From an uncultured archaeon (GTDB lineage: Archaea > Asgardarchaeota > Thorarchaeia > Thorarchaeales > Thorarchaeaceae), in contig CAZVZC010000047.1 in assembly GCA_964631415.1 (NCBI GenBank), positions 1-11,336 on the forward strand: 11,336 nucleotides of DNA, in the 5' to 3' direction. Positions 6,853 through 11,336 of the stretch are shown here, in pieces (the first letter of the stretch is position 1; each line of letters starts with the position of its first letter). The notes under the pieces are model-generated. The model worked only from the letters and a program-made list of their open reading frames with translations. It had not been told where the DNA came from and made no database searches. A program made the translations under genes and the position numbers.

Positions 6853-7254
6853 GTGGATTGTCTGCATTCGGCTTACAACTCCCCTATCATATCCTGCGGC
6901 AGATCCAGCTGTATAATCCTCTACAGGGGAGAGGACTGCTTCTTCTGTGATGCTGCCGCCGAAATGCTGAACAGCATCATGTCTCAGTATGGCGTGTCAA
7001 ACGATGTGATTCGAGAGATCGACATCGACTCGTCAGAAGATACTGAGTCCGAACCTGCGATTGTGGCCCTCCCTACCATAAGGATATGCGATGCCGTGCT
7101 ATCGGGCCTTCCCGAAGAGGACGTCATAAGCGACGCCATCATCCGAGTGCTGATGAAGGACTGTTTCTCGGAGCATATCGTAGGTCATAATGAACTGTCG
7201 GAGCCTCGAGCAATAGAGAGTCTGTCTGGTCCTCTCGGCCAGCGAACAGAATAG
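6853..7254 (+). CDS. Thioredoxin/glutaredoxin-fold protein (CFFC)
   Basis: IILYRGEDCFFCDAAAEML (strand, CxxC, helix), IREIDID, cis-Pro loop VALPTIRI, LSGLP. GTG start uncertain. Confidence 0.75.
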   Translation: MDCLHSAYNSPIISCGRSSCIILYRGEDCFFCDAAAEMLNSIMSQYGVSNDVIREIDIDSSEDTESEPAIVALPTIRICDAVLSGLPEEDVISDAIIRVLMKDCFSEHIVGHNELSEPRAIESLSGPLGQRTE

Positions 7255-7311
7255 GCCTAGTCAACACACGTTGTCTTTGACACCAGTAGCAGACTGAGGA
7301 CTCTTGTGCAA

Positions 7312-7345
7312 GTCCCGCCAAGTTCGGGACAGCCCAGCTGTTTTT
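7312..7345 (+). terminator. Possible terminator: hairpin plus T5 tract
   Basis: GTCCCG-ccaagtt-CGGGAC (7312-7330) then TTTTT (7341-7345) in the gap between convergent genes. Confidence 0.35.
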
Positions 7346-7383
7346 GGCTTTAGGAGAACTCCGCACGGGAGATTCGGAAGGAA

Positions 7384-7839
7384 TCAAGAGTCCATCTCTA
7401 TTGTTTCCCAGCGGACTCGCCCTGCTTGAACGGCCTCCTTTATCTTCCGTTCAGTACGGTTGAGCTGAGCGTCCCCGGTCTTTATGTCTGCAATAATCAC
7501 CTCAATCGAACCCTCCGACTTCCCGTCCTTGATTGCTGTGTAGCCGTCAAAGATCACGTAGTCTATTGGCGATCCTATGAAGCGGGCGTCTGAGAGTTCA
7601 TGCTTGAACTTCTCCTGGAGTAGAGGAACTATGTGTTCTCCAATCTTGCCCTTCAGGACATAGCGGCTGCGATCAGTCGCGTCCTTCCGTATACCCGCCT
7701 CTTGCTCTGCCCAGGTCTTCCTAAACTCGGCCTCCACCCGGGATATTCGATACTTCAGCTTCATGTTCAGGATGATATATACTGTAAACGCAATCAGAAG
7801 CCCTATCCCAAGCCCGAGAAGTGTATCCTCCAGAGCCAT
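7384..7839 (-). CDS. Membrane-anchored endonuclease related to archaeal Holliday junction resolvase (Endonuc_Holl/COG4741-like)
   Basis: N-terminal TM, RSRYVLKGKIGEHIVP, DARFIGSPIDYVIFDG, ADIKTG, QLNRTERKIKEAVQAGRVRWE (PD-(D/E)xK). Start set at ATG 7839 because TATATATT lies about 22 nt upstream, which fits a leaderless transcript. Confidence 0.88.
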   Translation of the reverse strand: MALEDTLLGLGIGLLIAFTVYIILNMKLKYRISRVEAEFRKTWAEQEAGIRKDATDRSRYVLKGKIGEHIVPLLQEKFKHELSDARFIGSPIDYVIFDGYTAIKDGKSEGSIEVIIADIKTGDAQLNRTERKIKEAVQAGRVRWETIEMDS

Positions 7840-7861
7840 GTGGCCTGTTACTGCGTCATCT

Positions 7862-7869
7862 AATATATA
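7862..7869 (-). promoter_or_regulatory. TATA box (TATATATT) of the nuclease gene, probably leaderless
   Basis: Minus strand reads GAG-TATATATT-AGATGACGCAGTAACAGGCCAC-ATG. Confidence 0.6.
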
Positions 7870-8015
7870 CTCGGGTAATCGGTGGGACATACAGCTGGTG
7901 ACAAACAGCTCTCGCGGCCGTACGGCGCCTGCCGATGGAGTGTTCGGGGAAAGACTGATTAGTATCTAGAGTGCCCAAGCTCTGAGACTGCCTCAAAACG
8001 GAGCTGAAACTGCCC

Positions 8016-8423
8016 ATGAGAATGCAGACTAAGATTGCGGCACTCGGTGCACTCGTCTTGGTCGCTCTATCGACTGTGACCATCATGGCGCTGTTCGACG
8101 ATGCTGAGGGGCCGCTCATCTATGAGGTGGATATCCTGCCTGTTTCACCAAAGGGCGGCGACATGATTACCGTCAGTGCCTACTGCATTGATACCTCTGG
8201 AGTGTATTCTGCAAAGATGTCATGGTCAATCAACGAGGCGGGGTGGGTCGAGCAGGACATGGTATTCTATGCGTGCCTGTGCCTAGCGGGCGGAAGGTGG
8301 ATTGCCAGCTTTGGCCCCGTTAGTGCAAGTGACACAGTGGACTTGTATGTGACAGCTTATGACAACACACCCGGTCACAACTCTGCAAACACCCAGACCT
8401 TTCAACTCCAGATAGCGACGTGA
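8016..8423 (+). CDS. Exported or membrane-anchored single Ig-like domain protein with a CLC loop
   Basis: N-terminal hydrophobic signal/anchor KIAALGALVLVALSTVTIMALF; beta-sandwich pattern D..GP.I..V...P..P...D.ITVSA...D.SGV......W......W.A......V..YVTAYD...N; Cys in AYCID and YACLCLAGGRW. Confidence 0.7.
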   Translation: MRMQTKIAALGALVLVALSTVTIMALFDDAEGPLIYEVDILPVSPKGGDMITVSAYCIDTSGVYSAKMSWSINEAGWVEQDMVFYACLCLAGGRWIASFGPVSASDTVDLYVTAYDNTPGHNSANTQTFQLQIAT

Positions 8424-8437
8424 AGCTGGTGACAAAC

Positions 8438-8632
8438 ATGAGAATCGAAGCCATCATCAACCTAGTGATACTTGTGGTCGGAGTTGTTGTTGCTATTGCA
8501 CCTTGGACCTTTGCGCCAGTCTGTGCAAGTCAGATGAGATGCTGGAATACGCGTGATGTGGAAACAGTCTTGGGTGCTTCCATTGCGCTTCTTGCTCTTG
8601 TCAGCACATACAGACTTCTCGCTCACGGATGA
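8438..8632 (+). CDS. Small two-TM protein, single-repeat DUF4418-like
   Basis: TM, APWTFAPVCASQMRCWNTRDVETVLG, TM; PVC..M.C..T...E..LG is the DUF4418 pattern as I recall it. ATG 8438 has SD GGTGA (8428-8432); an alternative GTG at 8420 overlaps the upstream stop. Confidence 0.7.
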   Translation: MRIEAIINLVILVVGVVVAIAPWTFAPVCASQMRCWNTRDVETVLGASIALLALVSTYRLLAHG

Positions 8633-8660
8633 AGAGAAACGGTCTGTCGGAGGGTTGCTG

Positions 8661-9131
8661 GTGAACCTAGAACAACGCAGGATGCTGGAGGCGGCCTTCG
8701 TCACTGTGGGATGCCTCGGCATCTACGGCTTCACTAGCACACTTCAGGTCGTTCACTACTGTGATTGGACCGGACTGCAGATTCGCGACCGCATTGGCCA
8801 TGAGGTCACTTTCTTCCTCGTGAATGGCACCCAGAGGTACTACTGCTGCGTGAGCATATCGCTGTTGGCGTTTGATCATCTCATTGGGGTTGGCCAAACA
8901 GATAGCATCGTCAACATACAAGTCAGATGTCCAATGTGCGGGATGCTGATGGACTGGGATGACCAGATGATTGTGTGGATTGCTCAGTCTGACTATCTAT
9001 GTCCTACGACAGGCACGCCCACAATTGTCTGTGTGTGTCAAGACCTCTCGGATACGGAACTGTGTGAGAGCCACTTCTTACAGCTACATGGTGGCAACAT
9101 CACAGCAAACCCCTACGTCTGGCCCCCATAG
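8661..9131 (+). CDS. Cys-rich NosL-like / tandem TRASH-like exported metal-binding protein
   Basis: N-terminal RR plus hydrophobic segment with VGCLG; HYCDWTGLQI...NGTQRYYCC...LLAF...IVNIQVRCPMCGML...VWI..SDYLCPTTG...IVCVC...CESHFLQLHGG. Layout and the terminal F...HGG match NosL. GTG 8661 is preceded by GGAGGG (8649-8654). Confidence 0.65.
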   Translation: MNLEQRRMLEAAFVTVGCLGIYGFTSTLQVVHYCDWTGLQIRDRIGHEVTFFLVNGTQRYYCCVSISLLAFDHLIGVGQTDSIVNIQVRCPMCGMLMDWDDQMIVWIAQSDYLCPTTGTPTIVCVCQDLSDTELCESHFLQLHGGNITANPYVWPP

Positions 9132-9142
9132 AGGCGATCTCC

Positions 9143-9550
9143 TTGCGAAAGCGAATGATACTCATTGCCCTGCTATTATCAGTTTCATTCAACGTACTAG
9201 CTGCATTCGCTGTTAGTGCATTCCCAAGAACTTCGCAGGCATGGCTCTTCCCAGATCTGGGGCCAGGGATCTTGCAGGACTCCTACTACAGCAGAGCGCC
9301 CGCACTTGAGAGCCTGTTTGGTGCAATCGGTGATGTGCCCGGGGGGTACTCACTCTACGCAGGGAGTCCGCTTCAAGGGGGTTTCAATGACAATCTCAGT
9401 ACTTGGATGGTGGGGTCAATCCCTTGGAGGTTGTCTATGCCTGCTTCAGAGGGAAGTGCAATCGTTGCGGCCATTGCAGTGGCCGCCCTACCTCTCCTAA
9501 TAGTCTTCATCTTTGGGAGGAGATCATACGGGTCTACGAAGACACGTTAA
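9143..9550 (+). CDS. Hypothetical membrane protein: signal peptide/TM, Gly/Pro/aromatic-rich loop, C-terminal TM with basic tail
   Basis: TTG start with SD-like GAGGCGA (9131-9137); MRKRMILIALLLSVSFNVLAAFAVSA ... AIVAAIAVAALPLLIVFIFGRR; fills the operon gap exactly. Confidence 0.65.
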   Translation: MRKRMILIALLLSVSFNVLAAFAVSAFPRTSQAWLFPDLGPGILQDSYYSRAPALESLFGAIGDVPGGYSLYAGSPLQGGFNDNLSTWMVGSIPWRLSMPASEGSAIVAAIAVAALPLLIVFIFGRRSYGSTKTR

Positions 9551-10742
9551 CCTTGCCAGCTACTCTCTGGGAAACGTATTCAAGTATCGAACGAGGACTG
9601 CCGCGATACTGTTGGCCCTCACGTTCTCCACAGCTTTGCTTTGCTCTGTCGAGTTTATCAGAGAAGGGGTTGTGATAGACATTGAAGCCTCACTTGGGGA
9701 GGGCCCGGACCTTGTTGTTCAGAAACTGGTCGGAGGACGCCAAGTACTGGTACCATTGGAGTGGATCAACAATGTGTCTGAAACGACAGGGGTCAGACTG
9801 GTCACTCCTCGTGTATGGGGATACACTGATGCAGGGGACGGCAGACTGCTCACTGTCATGGGTGTGAACGCAACGGAGTATGCCACCATATTCGCGGCAG
9901 TCGGTACTGACATCTTGGCCGGCGGCAGATTCATCATGGAGAACGACACAAGGAAAATGGTAGTGGGACAGGGTATCATTGACATGATGGCTGCATCTGG
10001 CGCAGCGGTGACAATCAATGTAGGGTCTGTGCTATCGCTCATCACATGCAACGGCAGTCTGATTGAGTTCGTGGTAGTCGGTGTCTTCAGTGCAGACTCG
10101 AAGATACAAAGCTACGACCTGATTATGACTGACATCGGCAGTGCTCGCATGGTCCTAGGCGTTGACAATTCGTCATGCACGGACGTCGCTGTGTGGATCA
10201 GCTACGGAAGTGACTTGAACAGCGTGGCGTTCCAGCTCGACACCTCGTTGTCACAGGCACGTGTGCTGACACGTGATGCGATGAAGAACAACATGCTGAG
10301 GACCTATGGAGGCCGTGCGGGTGTGGCTGCACTCCTATGGGCCTGCGTGTTGTTAACAGTTGTGTTGCTTGTCTGCACTGCCTCATCTGCAGGCTCGGAA
10401 GAGGCCAAGAGAGAAGTGGGTCTCTTGAAAGCTCTCGGCTTTGACACTGTTGACATTCTGGAAATCAGGATGGTAGAAAGCCTGACTCTGGGGGCTCTTG
10501 GTGCCAACTTCGGCATTTCGCTGGCGATAGTCTTTGACTTCGTCTTGGGAGCACCACTTCTGGCCGGATATCTGCTAGGATGGAATCTTGTCCTTCTGAA
10601 TGGGGGCATCCCCTTAGCTGTTTCTTCAGCCACCATATTCACGGTATTTGCAGCAGCCATTGTCCCCATCATGGTCGCCACGGTCGTGCCTTCATGGCGA
10701 AATGCGATCACCGAGCCGGACACGGTTCTGAGAGGTGTCTAG
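9513..10742 (+). CDS. MacB/FtsX/LolC-type (type VII) ABC transporter permease; true start may be ACG at 9528
   Basis: TM1, then a large extracytoplasmic domain (GPDLVVQKLVGGRQ, GVRLVTPRVWGY, MVVGQG, FVVVGVF), TM2, KREVGLLKALGF, ESLTLGALG, TM3-4 and VPSWRNAITEP. Confidence 0.93.
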   Translation: MGGDHTGLRRHVNLASYSLGNVFKYRTRTAAILLALTFSTALLCSVEFIREGVVIDIEASLGEGPDLVVQKLVGGRQVLVPLEWINNVSETTGVRLVTPRVWGYTDAGDGRLLTVMGVNATEYATIFAAVGTDILAGGRFIMENDTRKMVVGQGIIDMMAASGAAVTINVGSVLSLITCNGSLIEFVVVGVFSADSKIQSYDLIMTDIGSARMVLGVDNSSCTDVAVWISYGSDLNSVAFQLDTSLSQARVLTRDAMKNNMLRTYGGRAGVAALLWACVLLTVVLLVCTASSAGSEEAKREVGLLKALGFDTVDILEIRMVESLTLGALGANFGISLAIVFDFVLGAPLLAGYLLGWNLVLLNGGIPLAVSSATIFTVFAAAIVPIMVATVVPSWRNAITEPDTVLRGV

Positions 10743-10743
10743 G

Positions 10744-11336
10744 ATGACATTTGCAGTCAGGACAGAGAACTTGTGGAAGACCTATGGCTCTGGTGGACCA
10801 CGCCAAGTTGATGCTGTACGGGATGTCACAATTGAGATTGAAAGAGCAAGAATCACAGCCATCGGGGGCCCTAGTGGTTCTGGAAAGACGACACTCTTGA
10901 GTCTAGTCGGTCTGCTCACAAGGCCAACCAAGGGAAAGGTCCTGTATGGTGACCAAGACTTTTCGACCCTCTCAGAAGTGTTCAGAACAAGAGCACGTCG
11001 CCAACGGATTGGGTTCATCTTCCAAGCTCAGTATCTCATCCCACAGCTCACCTCTGTGGAGAACGTTGCTCTCCCGATGCTCTGCTTGGATGTCCCTCGT
11101 TCTGAGGCAGAGAAACTGGCAGCTGAGAGGTTGTCAGGGTTGGGCATGAGGCATAGGTTGGACTTCAGAGTGGCGGAATTGAGTGGCGGCGAACAACAAC
11201 GCGTTTCGATAGCGAGGTCACTCATGAACTCGCCAGAGATACTGATTGCGGACGAGCCAAGTGCATCAATCGACGAGAAGTCTGCTGAGGAGCTGCATTC
11301 TGTCCTGAGAGAGATGGTCGAGAGGGACAAACTGAC
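10744..11336 (+). CDS. ABC transporter ATP-binding protein, LolD/MacB/MJ0796 type (runs off the window)
   Basis: Not in the ORF track; from ATG 10744 (SD GAGGTG 10732-10737): MTFAVRTENLWKTYG, Walker A GPSGSGKTT, Q-loop IGFIFQ, ENVALP, signature LSGGEQQRVSIARSL, Walker B ILIADEP. Confidence 0.96.
   Translation, partial: MTFAVRTENLWKTYGSGGPRQVDAVRDVTIEIERARITAIGGPSGSGKTTLLSLVGLLTRPTKGKVLYGDQDFSTLSEVFRTRARRQRIGFIFQAQYLIPQLTSVENVALPMLCLDVPRSEAEKLAAERLSGLGMRHRLDFRVAELSGGEQQRVSIARSLMNSPEILIADEPSASIDEKSAEELHSVLREMVERDKL

Noticed and set aside
7255-7383. tRNA-like element (GTTCG plus hairpins) between convergent genes
   Set aside because: No cloverleaf with proper acceptor, D and anticodon arms could be built.
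8421-8740. Selenocysteine or readthrough at the TGA stops of the Ig-like (8421) and DUF4418-like (8630) genes, or a frameshift restoring full-length DUF4418
   Set aside because: Readthrough meets another stop after two codons, or gives hydrophilic sequence with no second TM hairpin; the downstream genes have their own SD and start.
8661-11336. Calling this a nos (N2O reductase) cluster or a LolCDE/MacAB system
   Set aside because: No nosZ, nosD or nosY; the permease is MacB/FtsX-type rather than NosY-type; no LolA, MacA or TolC equivalents. Gene symbols were therefore withheld.
1-11336. Mobile elements, prophage, rRNA or tRNA genes
   Set aside because: No transposase, integrase, terminal repeats or RNA-gene signatures seen; the nuclease lacks any mobile context.

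Overview
Archaeal chromosomal window, judged from an archaeal/eukaryote-type uS19, GGTGA/GAGGTG Shine-Dalgarno sites and TATA-like boxes. The gene content suggests Asgard, possibly Thorarchaeia, but this is inference only. The left two-thirds hold mostly unlinked housekeeping genes: etfB and a ferredoxin-fused etfA (truncated, missed by the ORF track), a DPM2-like two-TM membrane protein, a phosphohexomutase, a TPR protein, a stand-alone rps19, a flavodoxin, an M24 peptidase, a CxxC thioredoxin-fold protein and a membrane-anchored PD-(D/E)xK nuclease. The right third (8016-11336) is a tightly coupled six-gene operon and the best candidate for an undescribed system. It encodes an exported Ig-like CxC protein, a half-size DUF4418-like protein, a 10-Cys NosL/TRASH-like protein with rearranged motifs, a small two-anchor membrane protein, a MacB/FtsX-type ABC permease (possibly starting at ACG) and a LolD/MacB-type ATPase (truncated, missed by the ORF track). 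No nosZ or other client is visible. All family calls come from motif recognition by eye; no searches were run.
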